From positions 1 to 62,805 of the forward strand of contig CAZHSO010000007.1 in NCBI GenBank assembly GCA_964535105.1: a DNA stretch of 62,805 nt, written 5' to 3'. Source of the stretch: an uncultured Gemmatimonas sp. Lineage in GTDB: Bacteria; Gemmatimonadota; Gemmatimonadetes; Gemmatimonadales; GWC2-71-9. A model generated the notes under the pieces. It ran no database searches. It was not told the origin of the DNA and saw only the letters and a list, made by a program, of their open reading frames with translations. Shown here one piece after another: positions 8,681-18,319 of this stretch (positions are counted from its first letter, which is position 1; each line of letters begins with the position of its first letter). The translations under genes were made by a program, and so were the position numbers.

Positions 8681-10116
8681 GCGCTCGACCGTTTCGAGCG
8701 CTCCCCCCAACCGCCGCCCGGATCCTCTGGGCGGCGGTCCTGCTAGCCGCGCCGGGATGCCGAACCGATCCCCAGGTGCCACCACCCGATCTCCCCGCCG
8801 TCGGCGGCCAGGTCTCGCTGCTCCGGTTTCCCAGCCAGGGCGGACCCGTTGAGGCGTATGACCCCGACAGTCTGGACCGGCCGACCTGGACCACTTCGAA
8901 GCCGGTGCCGCCGGTACGCAAGGTCCTCGGCGTGAACCTCGATGAGCGGCTCGCCTGGGCGGTGGATTTGAAGAACAATCTCATCGCCGTGGACCTCGAG
9001 TCTCGCGGGGTGCGCGAGCAGCTGAAGGGCGTCACCTTTGCCGCGATGGGGCCGGACGGATCGCTCTACCTCGCGGATGACGAGCACCGCGTGGTGCATT
9101 TCGTTCGCCGGAACCCGGTGTCGTTCCAGGACCCGCTCCCTGCGCCGCCGCGGGCATTCTTCGGCTCCCAAAACGACCAGCTCGTGGCGGTTACCGGGGG
9201 CAAGACGCCGCAGCTGATCACCGCCAATGCCGAGCAAAGTCTCCACGCGGTCGACGTCCCGGCGGGCGGTGTCTCCGCCACCTACTGGGGGGATCTGGTC
9301 GCCGTGGCGGCCGACACCGCGGTGCTCCTCTACGAAACGGGCGGCCGCCGCAACGTGACATCGATCCGGACGCGCCGGAACGCTCGTGAGGCTGCCTTCA
9401 GTCCCAGCGGCCACCGCCTCTACGTCGTCGAGGACGACCACGAGGTGGTGGTCTACGACCGTTTTTCCCTCTCGGAGCTCGCGCGGATCAAGCTCCCCGG
9501 CAGTCCGAGGGCAATCCGGCTCGACGCTTCGGGACGCTGGATGCTGGCCCGCGCCGCCGACGCCGACTCCGTCTGGATCGTCGATCTGGCCACCCACCGG
9601 CTGGCCGCGTCGGCGCCGGGGGGTTGGGCGGCAGATCTGCCGCTCGTGGCGGGCGCGTCCACGCTCGTGGTGCGGCTCGGGGACGACGTGGCGACGTACG
9701 ATTTGCGCCAGGCCCCTCCGGCGCCGCGGGGAGTTCTGGAGGGCGCCGGATCCGATCTATGGGCGACGGCAGCATGGGTATCGAGGGAGCGGCTTCCCGC
9801 CGCGGTGGCCGCTGCCGAGTCGGCGACAGTCGCCCAGGACAAGGCACTGGTACCCGATTCGATCATCGCCCCGGTGACCGACTCGACGGAGATCTACCTG
9901 CAGGTGAGTCTCTCCCAAAACCCGAGCTGGGCTGCCCAGCTCGCCGACACCCTCAAGGCCCACGGGTTTCCCGCCTCGGTCCTCAAGCCGGAGCAGGCGG
10001 AAGAGGGCTATCGCGTGGTCATCGGACCGTATTCAAGCCGCGATCAGGCCGAGGAGAGCGGCAAGAAGCTGGACCGTTCCTACTTCGTCATCCGCCGGCC
10101 GCCAAGCCGCCCCTGA
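8677..10116 (+). CDS. Lipoprotein with beta-propeller-like region and C-terminal SPOR domain
   Basis: C-terminal YLQVS...A..L...L...GF......YRVVIGPY.SR..A is SPOR-like. The frame is open upstream of GTG 8776 through a signal peptide ILWAAVLLAAPGC to CTG 8677. Confidence 0.75.
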   Translation: MSARPFRALPPTAARILWAAVLLAAPGCRTDPQVPPPDLPAVGGQVSLLRFPSQGGPVEAYDPDSLDRPTWTTSKPVPPVRKVLGVNLDERLAWAVDLKNNLIAVDLESRGVREQLKGVTFAAMGPDGSLYLADDEHRVVHFVRRNPVSFQDPLPAPPRAFFGSQNDQLVAVTGGKTPQLITANAEQSLHAVDVPAGGVSATYWGDLVAVAADTAVLLYETGGRRNVTSIRTRRNAREAAFSPSGHRLYVVEDDHEVVVYDRFSLSELARIKLPGSPRAIRLDASGRWMLARAADADSVWIVDLATHRLAASAPGGWAADLPLVAGASTLVVRLGDDVATYDLRQAPPAPRGVLEGAGSDLWATAAWVSRERLPAAVAAAESATVAQDKALVPDSIIAPVTDSTEIYLQVSLSQNPSWAAQLADTLKAHGFPASVLKPEQAEEGYRVVIGPYSSRDQAEESGKKLDRSYFVIRRPPSRP

Positions 10117-10204
10117 CCGGAGGACCCGAACCGCTTATTTTGTACTTCGTGCCGTCGGCGCTTCGCGCCGGCCCCGTGCCCACCTCCCGTCCCTGGCCTG
10201 ACGC

Positions 10205-13200
10205 ATGAGGCTCACCAAGCTGGAGCTCTCCGGCTTCAAGTCGTTTGCGGACACCGTCATCCTCGAGTTCGAGGATGGCGTCACCGCCATCGTCGGGCCT
10301 AACGGCTGCGGCAAGTCGAATGTGTCTGACGCGGTGCGCTGGGTCCTCGGCGAGCAGTCGGCGCGGCTGCTGCGCGGTGGCAAGATGGAAGATGTGATCT
10401 TCCAGGGCGCCGCGACCCGCCGCCCGGTCAACCTCACCGAAGTCTCTCTCTTCCTCGACAACACCGAGGGCGATCTCCCGATCGCCTACCAGGAAGTCGT
10501 GATCACCCGGCGGCTCTCCCGCTCCGGGCAGAGCGAGTATCTGCTCAACAACAGCCCCGCTCGGCTGCGCGACATCCAGGACCTCCTGCGCGGCACCGGG
10601 CTGGGGAGCGACGCGGGCGTCGTCATTGAAGCGAAGATGATCGACCTCCTCCTGTCCGACCGGGCCGAAGAGCGCCGATCGCTGTTCGAAGAGGCGGCAG
10701 GCATCGGGCTTTACCGCGACCGGAAGCACAGCACCGAGCGCCGGCTCGAGGAAACCGCGACCGATCTGCAGCGGCTCGAGGATCTCCTCGCCGAAGTGCA
10801 GTCGCAGATCCGCTCGCTGGCCCGGCAAAAGGGAAAGGCCGAGCGGCACGCCAAGCTCATGGAAGAGAAATTCGCCGTGACGCTGACCCTCGCCCGGCGG
10901 CAGCTCGACGAGCTGGCCGAGCGCGCCCTCGGGGTGCAGGAGCGCCACCGGACGCTCTCGGAGCGACTTCCCCAGCTTCGGGAAGCGCTCGCCGCCGCAT
11001 CGGCCACCCAGGAAGGAGCGGCGCGCGCCCGCCTCCGCGCCGAGGATCATCGCGCCGAGATCGCCCGCCAGCTCGCGATGGTTCAGGTGGCGCTCTCCCG
11101 GCTCGACGGCGACCTGGCCGTGGCGGGCGAGCGGCTGGCCCACGCGCAGCAGCGGCGCCGCCGTGACGAAGAGGAGCGGGCCCAGGCGGCCCGGCGCACC
11201 GAAGCGGCTGCCGGTGAGCGCACGTCCGCCCAGGCCGAGCTCGAAGCGGCGGAAGAGGAGCACACCGGCATCCGCGCCCGGCTCGAGGAGCGCGCCGCGG
11301 CCGAGGCGGACGTGCGGAGCCGCCTCACCGCGGAACGGGTCGCGCTGCGGGACGCGGAGGAAGCGGTCGCGGCGCGGGCGCAGGAGCTCCGGTCGCTGGA
11401 GGGAGAGCGCACCGCGCTGGAGCAGGAAATCGCTGGTCTCCGGGAGCGCGCGACCCAGGCGGAGACCCACGCCGCCCGGCAGAAAGAGGACCTCGCGCGC
11501 GCCGAAGCGGATGCGCGCGCGGCCGCCGAGGCCGCCGACCGCGGCGCGAGCGAGGCCCTCGCCGCCGCCGCGGAGATGGAGCGGAGCCGCCACGCGGTTG
11601 CCGAGGCACGGGAGCAGGAAACCACCGAGCGGAATCGCCGGCGGCTGGTTGAAGAGTCGCTGGCGCAGCTCACCACCCGCCGCGCCGCACTCGAGGAGCT
11701 GGAGCGCGACCGGGTCGGGCTCGCGCCTGGCGCCGCAACGTTGCTTGCGGCGCGCGAGCGATTCAACGGCGGAGTGCTCGGGCCGCTGAGCGATTACATC
11801 AACGCCGACCGTGATGCCGCCGAGCTGGCGGAGCGGCTGCTCGGGGAGTGGATGCACGCGATCCTGGTGCGCGACCAGGACGCGGTCGAGGCGATCCGGT
11901 ACTGGCACGCCGACGCCCAGCCCGGGGCGCTGGTCCTGCTCCCTGCGGACACCGGCCCCCGCACGCCCGCCGACGGCTTGAGTCCCCTGCAGGCGCATCT
12001 TCGCGCCGAGGGACCCGCCGCGCGCTGGGTGGATGCGCTGCTCGGAGGATCGGAGGCGCTCGATGGCCGCGGCCACGCGCTTCGGCTGGCCAGCGGCGCC
12101 ATTCTCCTCGCCGGCTCCTCGGGTGGAAGCGGACCGCTCCGGCGTCGCGCCGAGATCGGCGGGCTCGGCGGAGATATCGACCAGCAGGAAGCCGCGCTCA
12201 CAGCGGTCCGTGCGGCGCTGGCTGGGACCGAGGCGCGCCTGCTGGAGCTGGAGCGAGGCGCCGCCGCGTCGTCCACCAACACCGAGCATCTCCGGGAAGC
12301 GGGACGCATGGCCGCCGCGCGGCGCGAGGACACCGCCCGCGTGGTCCACAACCTCACCCGCGAGCTGGCCGAGGCCGACACCGGGCTCGCTCGCGTGCGG
12401 GAGCGTCTCAGCGCCGCGGATCGGCGGCACGGCGAGGTGGAGCGCCTGCGCGGGGAGGGCGCCCGTGCGCGGCTGGAGCAGGAGAGCGCCCTGGCGGGGC
12501 AGCGGACCCGGGTGACCGCGGTCGAGACCGAACAGGAAGCGGCGCGCGAAAACCGGGTGCACTGGCAGGTGCAGGAGGCGCACGTCGGCGCCCGGCTCCG
12601 CGCGACGCAGGAGCGGCTCGATCGCGCCAACCAGACGATCGCCACCGCGGAGGCCGCCGCGCACTCGTTGCTTGGCGAGATCGCCCAGCTCGACGAAGAG
12701 AGCGTCGCCCTGGCGGCCCAGCAGGAGGCCTGGCAGGAGCAGCGCCGCGAGCGGGCCGACGGGCTCGAAGGACTCGAGCGCGCCTCGGCGGAATCCGAGG
12801 CGACGCTCGCCGGAGCGGCGGCGGTGCTCGCCGACGCGGAGCGCTCCGTTCAGGCGCTGCGGGAAGACGTGGAACGCTCGAGCGAGGAGGACCATCGGCT
12901 CGAGGTGGAGCTGACCGAGGCGGGCGGACTGCGCCGCAGCATTGTTGAGCGGGTGGAGACCGAGTGGAAGCAGCCGTTCGAGCAGCTGCTGGCCTCGGCG
13001 TCCCCGCTCGATCTCGACCGGGACACGCTGGAGACCGAAGCCCTCCGGATCACCGAGTCGCTCGATGCCATCGGACCGGTGAATGCCCTCGCCGTCGAAG
13101 AGCACGCCGAGGAAACCAGGCGGCTCGAGTTCCTGTCCTCCCAGCGCGACGATCTCGTGGCCGCCCGGCAATCGCTGCTCCAGGCCATCAAGGAGATCGA

Positions 13201-13690
13201 CGGCACCGCCCGGCTCCTGTTCCAGGAAACCTTCGTCGCGGTCCAGGAGCACTTCCGTCACGTCTTCCAGACGCTGTTCGGCGGCGGCGAGTGCGAGCTC
13301 CGCCTTGCCAATCCGGAAGATCCGCTCGAGAGCGAGATCGACATTCACGCGGCGCCCCGAGGCAAGCGCACCCAGCGAATCCACCTGCTCTCCTCCGGCG
13401 AGCGGACTCTGGTCGCCGTGTCGCTCCTCTTCAGCATCTATCTCACGAAGCCGAGCCCCTTCTGCCTCATGGACGAGGTGGACGCCCCCCTCGACGACGC
13501 CAACGTGGGCCGGTTCACCATGCTGCTCGACGAGTTCAAAAAAGACACCCAGTTCCTGGTGATCACCCATAACCCGCGCACGATGCAGTCGGCCGATGCC
13601 GTGTACGGGGTCACGATGCAGGAGCCGGGCGTCTCCACCATCGTCGGGGTTCGTTTGAGCGAGAGACAGGGAGTCGCGAGTAGCGAGTAG
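10205..13690 (+). CDS. smc: Chromosome segregation protein SMC
   Basis: Walker [10 protein letters not shown], long coiled coils, hinge region, signature LSSGE and Walker B/D-loop [11 protein letters not shown]. Confidence 0.97.
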   Translation: MRLTKLELSGFKSFADTVILEFEDGVTAIVGPNGCGKSNVSDAVRWVLGEQSARLLRGGKMEDVIFQGAATRRPVNLTEVSLFLDNTEGDLPIAYQEVVITRRLSRSGQSEYLLNNSPARLRDIQDLLRGTGLGSDAGVVIEAKMIDLLLSDRAEERRSLFEEAAGIGLYRDRKHSTERRLEETATDLQRLEDLLAEVQSQIRSLARQKGKAERHAKLMEEKFAVTLTLARRQLDELAERALGVQERHRTLSERLPQLREALAAASATQEGAARARLRAEDHRAEIARQLAMVQVALSRLDGDLAVAGERLAHAQQRRRRDEEERAQAARRTEAAAGERTSAQAELEAAEEEHTGIRARLEERAAAEADVRSRLTAERVALRDAEEAVAARAQELRSLEGERTALEQEIAGLRERATQAETHAARQKEDLARAEADARAAAEAADRGASEALAAAAEMERSRHAVAEAREQETTERNRRRLVEESLAQLTTRRAALEELERDRVGLAPGAATLLAARERFNGGVLGPLSDYINADRDAAELAERLLGEWMHAILVRDQDAVEAIRYWHADAQPGALVLLPADTGPRTPADGLSPLQAHLRAEGPAARWVDALLGGSEALDGRGHALRLASGAILLAGSSGGSGPLRRRAEIGGLGGDIDQQEAALTAVRAALAGTEARLLELERGAAASSTNTEHLREAGRMAAARREDTARVVHNLTRELAEADTGLARVRERLSAADRRHGEVERLRGEGARARLEQESALAGQRTRVTAVETEQEAARENRVHWQVQEAHVGARLRATQERLDRANQTIATAEAAAHSLLGEIAQLDEESVALAAQQEAWQEQRRERADGLEGLERASAESEATLAGAAAVLADAERSVQALREDVERSSEEDHRLEVELTEAGGLRRSIVERVETEWKQPFEQLLASASPLDLDRDTLETEALRITESLDAIGPVNALAVEEHAEETRRLEFLSSQRDDLVAARQSLLQAIKEIDGTARLLFQETFVAVQEHFRHVFQTLFGGGECELRLANPEDPLESEIDIHAAPRGKRTQRIHLLSSGERTLVAVSLLFSIYLTKPSPFCLMDEVDAPLDDANVGRFTMLLDEFKKDTQFLVITHNPRTMQSADAVYGVTMQEPGVSTIVGVRLSERQGVASSE

Positions 13691-13733
13691 CGAGGAGGGG
13701 CCCCCTCTTCGCGCTTCGCTCCTCGCTCTTCGC
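13676..13733. repeat. Inverted heptamer array (GCGAGTA / TCTTCGC)
   Basis: GCGAGTA GCGAGTA GCGAGGA GGGGCCCCC TCTTCGC GCTTCGC TCCTCGC TCTTCGC; spans the smc stop to the aroF ATG. Confidence 0.8.
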
Positions 13734-14753
13734 ATGCTGGTTATTTTGCGCCCCGACGCCTCGCAGAGCGACCTCGACCGGGTGGTCACGCTGATCGAGT
13801 CACTTGGGCTTACCGCTCGCGTCATCGAGGGAACTCAGCGTGACGCCGTCGGGGTGATCGGAAACGACGGGCGGGTGGACGCCGCCCGCTTCACCGCTCT
13901 GCCGGGTGTGGACGAAGTCATCCAGATCACCCGGCCCTACCGGATGGTCTCCCTCGAGTGGCGCGCCGAGCCGACGGTGGTGTCCCTCCCCGGAGGCCGC
14001 ACGATCGGCGGACGAGACCTGCTCATCGTCGCCGGCCCCTGCTCGGTGGAAAACGAAGCCCAGATCTTCGGGACGGCGCGGGCAGTGCTCGCGGCGGGAG
14101 CGGGTGGGCTCCGGGCCGGCGCCTTCAAGCCGCGAACCTCTCCCTATGCGTTCCAGGGACTCGGCACCGCGGCACTCGGTCTTCTGGCGGCGGTCCGCCG
14201 GGAAACCGGCCTCCTGATCGTCACCGAGGCGATGGACGAAGAGGGCTTGAATCAGGTCGCGGACGTCGCCGACATCGTGCAGATCGGCGCCCGCAACATG
14301 CAGAACTACGCTCTGCTCAAGCGGGCCGGGCGCGCCGGAAAACCCGTGCTGCTCAAGCGGGGCATGTCCGCCAGTGTGACCGATTTGCTCCTGTCCGCCG
14401 AGTATGTGCTCTCCGAGGGAAATTCGGACGTCATTCTCTGCGAGCGCGGCATCCGAGGCGCTGATCCCTCCACCAGGAATCTTCTCGATTTGAGTGCGAT
14501 CCCGTCGGTGAAATCGCTCTCCCATCTCCCGATCATGGCGGACCCGAGCCATGGCACCGGCAAGCGGGCGCTGGTGCCCGCGATGGCGCGCGCGGCGGTC
14601 GCCGCCGGCGCCGATGGCCTGCTGATCGAGGTGCACGTGGACCCGAGCGAGGCGCTCTCCGATGGCGCGCAAAGTCTCTATCCCGAGCAGTTCGCGCTGT
14701 TGATGGAGGAGCTGCGTGGAATTGCGTCGGTGATCGGCCGGCGGATTCCATGA
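13734..14753 (+). CDS. aroF: 3-deoxy-7-phosphoheptulonate (DAHP) synthase, type I-beta with N-terminal regulatory domain
   Basis: [38 protein letters not shown] and SDGAQSL. Confidence 0.93.
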   Translation: MLVILRPDASQSDLDRVVTLIESLGLTARVIEGTQRDAVGVIGNDGRVDAARFTALPGVDEVIQITRPYRMVSLEWRAEPTVVSLPGGRTIGGRDLLIVAGPCSVENEAQIFGTARAVLAAGAGGLRAGAFKPRTSPYAFQGLGTAALGLLAAVRRETGLLIVTEAMDEEGLNQVADVADIVQIGARNMQNYALLKRAGRAGKPVLLKRGMSASVTDLLLSAEYVLSEGNSDVILCERGIRGADPSTRNLLDLSAIPSVKSLSHLPIMADPSHGTGKRALVPAMARAAVAAGADGLLIEVHVDPSEALSDGAQSLYPEQFALLMEELRGIASVIGRRIP

Positions 14754-15430
14754 GGCGCAAAGGCGCAAAGGCGCAAAGGCGCAAGGTGTTTTTCTTACTT
14801 TGCGCCGTTGCTTCGTTGCGCCCTTCCACCTTGCTTCCCCAGGACCCCGTCGCCCTCGTCCGCCGCGCCAGCAGCGTCTATCGGGGTCTCGCGTCGTTGC
14901 AGGCGGAATTCGTGCAGGTCATCGAGGACGGAAGCCTGGGGGACACGCTGACCACAACGGGCCGGCTCTACCAGTCGGGACAGAACGCCTTCGCGATGCG
15001 ATTCAGCGATCCTCCGGAGGAAGCGATCGTCATCGATGGCCGCCATACCTGGATCTACACGCCGAGCACGTCGCCGGGCCAGGTGATCAGGATGTCGGTG
15101 GAAAGCGATCCGGTGTACGGGGTGAATCTGCTGGCCCGGCTGCTCGACCGCCCCGCCGACCGCTACGCGACGACGTGGCTTCGGACCGACCAGGTGAATG
15201 GACGGAAAGTGGAGGTGGTGGCGATCGTCCCCCGCTCCGCGAACGCCAATTTTTCCCGCGCGGTGCTCTGGCTCGATGCCGAGGATGCGCTGCCCCGGCG
15301 GATCGAGCTCGACGAGGCGCCGGGAGTTCACCGCATCCTGACCCTCTCCCGCCTCCGGCCGAACGCCACGATCCCCCGGGAGCTCTTCGAGTTCAAGGTG
15401 CCCCGCGGGGTGCGGGTCGTCGATCAATAA
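14750..15430 (+). CDS. lolA: Outer-membrane lipoprotein carrier protein LolA family
   Basis: Signal peptide; [18 protein letters not shown]...QVI; C-terminal F.FKVP.GV.VVDQ. Confidence 0.8.
   Translation: MRRKGAKAQRRKVFFLLCAVASLRPSTLLPQDPVALVRRASSVYRGLASLQAEFVQVIEDGSLGDTLTTTGRLYQSGQNAFAMRFSDPPEEAIVIDGRHTWIYTPSTSPGQVIRMSVESDPVYGVNLLARLLDRPADRYATTWLRTDQVNGRKVEVVAIVPRSANANFSRAVLWLDAEDALPRRIELDEAPGVHRILTLSRLRPNATIPRELFEFKVPRGVRVVDQ
14753..14823. repeat. Inverted octamer array (AGGCGCAA x4 / TTGCGCC-like x3) inside the lolA 5' end
   Basis: Read directly from the sequence; encodes [11 protein letters not shown]...CAVASLRP. Confidence 0.85.
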
Positions 15431-15433
15431 CTC

Positions 15434-15958
15434 CTAGAGTCCCGCCGCCCTGACGAGGACGAGTTTGTGCAGCCGGATCTCCCACCGTCCGGTGCTCTCG
15501 CACGCCATCGGCTGTCGTGCCCCCTCCGTCACGTTCACCGCGCCGCCCAGCAGCACGGTCCGGATCGTGGAGCGGTCCGCGCCCTTCGGCTCGATCGTCG
15601 TCGTCACGATCATGTAGACCCGGTAGCTGTCGGCATAAGGCCCGGTGATTCCGTCGCCGCACCCGAGGTAGGTCGAGATCTGCTTGCCGCCGAGATCGCC
15701 GCGGCGGTGAAAGACGTTTGTCTCCACCCTGCCTCCGGTGGAGTCGCGCACCTCGGCAGGAATCTTGAGCTCATTGAACGCGGCGAGCACGGCCGCATAC
15801 GTCTTGGCCGAGGGAAACGGCACGTCGTAGGCCGTGCCGGTCGTGTCGGTAATCACCTGGGTCATCTGCCCGGGGACCACAATGACTGTGCGGCTCTTCT
15901 GGGCAGCCAGGGGGGACGCGGCGATCGCGACGACAACGAGCAGTGGGAGGAGTCGCAT
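15434..15958 (-). CDS. Hypothetical exported protein (two Cys)
   Basis: Signal peptide and GAGGTG RBS; motifs STYLGCG and ACESTG.WE.RL. Confidence 0.75.
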   Translation of the reverse strand: MRLLPLLVVVAIAASPLAAQKSRTVIVVPGQMTQVITDTTGTAYDVPFPSAKTYAAVLAAFNELKIPAEVRDSTGGRVETNVFHRRGDLGGKQISTYLGCGDGITGPYADSYRVYMIVTTTIEPKGADRSTIRTVLLGGAVNVTEGARQPMACESTGRWEIRLHKLVLVRAAGL

Positions 15959-15984
15959 GTTCGCACCTCTTTGAGAAGCGTTTT

Positions 15985-16065
15985 GTGAGCGGTGAGCCGT
16001 GAGCGGTAGGGCGTTTCCCGCTCACCGCTTACCGCTTACCCATATCACTCACCGCTCCCCGCTCA
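15985..16065. repeat. Inverted heptamer array (GTGAGCG / CGCTCAC), same family as 1130-1199
   Basis: GTGAGCG GTGAGCC GTGAGCG, loop, CGCTCAC CGCTTAC CGCTTAC ... CGCTCA. Confidence 0.85.
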
Positions 16066-17322
16066 GGGGTCGGCTACCAGACCAACCACCGCGCGGGCGC
16101 TGCCAGCGCGCACCAGAAGCCGGCGCGCGGCGGCAAGCGCCTGGTCGGTGGGCCCGGTGTCGGTAACGGCACGATCGGGAACGATGCCACCTCCGCCCTG
16201 CAAGGGCCGGCCCCCGTCGCTCTTCAGCTTGGGTCGAGGCGTCGAATCGGCCCCGGCGCGCGGAGGACGCTGAATCTGGCGTCCGCTCGGCGTTATCCAG
16301 ACCGCGGTGGTGAGCCGAAGCGACGCGCCCTCGCCTAGTGGGAAGGTGCTCTGGGTGACGCCCCGCCCGAACGTTGTGGCTCCGAGCACGGCGGCGCGAT
16401 CGTGATCCTGGAGCGCGCCCGCCGCGACTTCGCCGGCACCGGCGGTCCCGCCGTCCACGAGAACTGCCATCGGGATCGAGTCGAACGGTGAGGCGCTCGA
16501 GTCGGTGAGTGTGACCGACGGTGCTCCCGGCCTCCCCCGGCTCACCGCCAGCGTGCTCTGCGGCCCGAGAAAGAGATCCGCCAGCGCGGCACCCTCTTCA
16601 AGTGCGCCGCCCACGGCGCCGCGAAGATCGAGCACGAGGAATCGCGCGCCCTGCCGGCGAAGCGCTTCGACGGCGGTGCGAATGCTGTCGGCGGCGGCCG
16701 CAGAGAATTTCCTGAGCTGCACCACTCCCACCTGGCCGGGAAGCAACGAGGTGACGATGGCGGGGACGTCCCGAGCCGGGCCGCGAATCACATCGAGCGA
16801 GATGATCCCTCGGGTGCCCCGACGCCGGACCCGCAAAGTGGCCCGGGTCCCGGGCTCCCCGTCGAGCAGATGCATCCCGCGCTCGAGGTGCGCCGCATCG
16901 ATCGGAATGGAATCCACGGCGAGGAGCACGTCGCCGTCCTGCACCCCGGCCGAGTCAGCGGCAGAGCCGGGGACGGTCGCCACCACGACAGCGGCGCCGT
17001 CCCGCCGGTCGAGATAGAGTCCCTGCGGACTGGCCGAATCGGGAGACGCAGTCTGCTGACCGGGGAGCAGGAGCACAGCGTACGGGTCATCGAGCTCCTC
17101 GATCACCCCGGCCGCGGCCAGGCGATAGAGCTCCTGCGCGTCGAGCGAGTCGACGGCAAAGGACTGCACGTGCGAGAAGACCCCCTCGAAGAGCCGGGTC
17201 CCGGCGACGACGGGCGGGTCGGCCGCCGGGGCGGCGGTCGTCCGTGGCGCCATAAGAAGGCGCGCGACGGCGACGAGGGCGCCGATCGAGATGCCGATGA
17301 TGAGGAACCAGCGCGCTCGCAT
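16063..17322 (-). CDS. S41/CtpA-family PDZ protease homolog with degenerate catalytic residues
   Basis: N-terminal membrane anchor, LDDPYA, PDZ domain, LVLDLR..GG, VLVDGGTAGAGE.AAGALQD, TFGRG.TQ, TPSGR.IQ and GIVPD. Confidence 0.85.
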   Translation of the reverse strand: MRARWFLIIGISIGALVAVARLLMAPRTTAAPAADPPVVAGTRLFEGVFSHVQSFAVDSLDAQELYRLAAAGVIEELDDPYAVLLLPGQQTASPDSASPQGLYLDRRDGAAVVVATVPGSAADSAGVQDGDVLLAVDSIPIDAAHLERGMHLLDGEPGTRATLRVRRRGTRGIISLDVIRGPARDVPAIVTSLLPGQVGVVQLRKFSAAAADSIRTAVEALRRQGARFLVLDLRGAVGGALEEGAALADLFLGPQSTLAVSRGRPGAPSVTLTDSSASPFDSIPMAVLVDGGTAGAGEVAAGALQDHDRAAVLGATTFGRGVTQSTFPLGEGASLRLTTAVWITPSGRQIQRPPRAGADSTPRPKLKSDGGRPLQGGGGIVPDRAVTDTGPTDQALAAARRLLVRAGSARAVVGLVADP

Positions 17323-17330
17323 GATCGCGT

Positions 17331-17969
17331 CTACCTGACCCCCGCCGGCGCGAGCGCGGGACGCGCGGCGAGCAGTACGGACCAGGCGCGGTCGGCGAGC
17401 TCGTGACTCGGGAGTGTGGCGTCGAGGTGCACCACGCCGGGGCCGGTCTCCGCGCGATACCGGGCGGCGACCCGCTGGTGGAAGTCGAGCGGCTCCCGGT
17501 CGAGGCGGTCCTGCGATTTCCCGGCCGCTACCTGCCGCGCCGAGCCGGTTTCCGGCGCGACGTCGAGAATCAGGGTGAGGTCGGGCCGGAGCCCGCCGGT
17601 CGCTGCGTCGTTGACCCAGGAAACCATCGGGAGCGGCAGCCCCCGGCCCGAGGCCTGGTACGCCATCGTGGAGAGATCGTACCGGTCGCTCAGGACGATC
17701 TTCCCGGCGGCGAGCGCCGGGCGGATCACCCGGCCCACCAGGTCGGCCCGCGCCGTGACGATGTACAGGAGCTCCTTCTCTGGTGTCCACTGCCGGTCGG
17801 CGTGCAGCAGCTCCTTCCGGAGCGCCTCCGCAGCGTCGGTACCACCGGGTTCCCGAACCATCACCGGCTTGTGCCCAAGAGCGCCAAGGCGAGACGCGAG
17901 CGCCACCGCGAGGGTGCTCTTCCCGGCGCCTTCGGGGCCTTCGAGGACCACGAAAAAGCCTTTGCTCAT
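17331..17969 (-). CDS. tmk: Thymidylate kinase
   Basis: EGPEGAGKST, REPGGT, SDRY..ST.AYQ and PDLTLILDV. Confidence 0.96.
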   Translation of the reverse strand: MSKGFFVVLEGPEGAGKSTLAVALASRLGALGHKPVMVREPGGTDAAEALRKELLHADRQWTPEKELLYIVTARADLVGRVIRPALAAGKIVLSDRYDLSTMAYQASGRGLPLPMVSWVNDAATGGLRPDLTLILDVAPETGSARQVAAGKSQDRLDREPLDFHQRVAARYRAETGPGVVHLDATLPSHELADRAWSVLLAARPALAPAGVR

Positions 17970-18319
17970 GCCAGCGTGATGATGCTGCTGTTGGATCCGC
18001 GCTCGATGCCCGCGCTCATCTGCTGATTCACCTTGGTCATCAGCTTTTCATAATTGGCCCGGGCGGTCACGTATGCCTGGCCCTGCGGACTCACTTCAAG
18101 GTCCCGCACAGCGGTCTCGTACGCCAGAACCGTCGGCTCCTCGGGCACCTTCCGCGCCGCGACCTGCTCGTCGATCTGCCGGGCGAGCTGATCGATCTTT
18201 TCCAGCCGCGCGCGGGTCTCCGCATCCTCCTGCAGGCGCTTTTCCGCCCGCCCGAGGGTCTGGTACTCGGTCGACTGGCCGATGAGCCGTCCCAGCTCCT
18301 GCGCCTTTTCCTCGATCAT
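17966..18319 (-). CDS. YlbF/YheA-family regulator-like helical protein
   Basis: EKAQELGRLI.QS.EY..L, all-helical, 117 aa; ATGA-coupled within the operon. Confidence 0.7.
   Translation of the reverse strand: MIEEKAQELGRLIGQSTEYQTLGRAEKRLQEDAETRARLEKIDQLARQIDEQVAARKVPEEPTVLAYETAVRDLEVSPQGQAYVTARANYEKLMTKVNQQMSAGIERGSNSSIITLA

Noticed and set aside
8711-8739. GC hairpin CCGCCGCCC...GGGCGGCGG as a terminator after the Omp85-like gene
   Set aside because: It has no U-tract and lies within the inferred signal-peptide coding region of the next gene.
10088-13825. 1245-aa minus-strand ORF and many other long antisense ORFs (e.g. 55758-57626, 57691-59478, 27832-29349)
   Set aside because: These are shadow frames of recognisable genes in high-GC DNA and carry no protein motifs.
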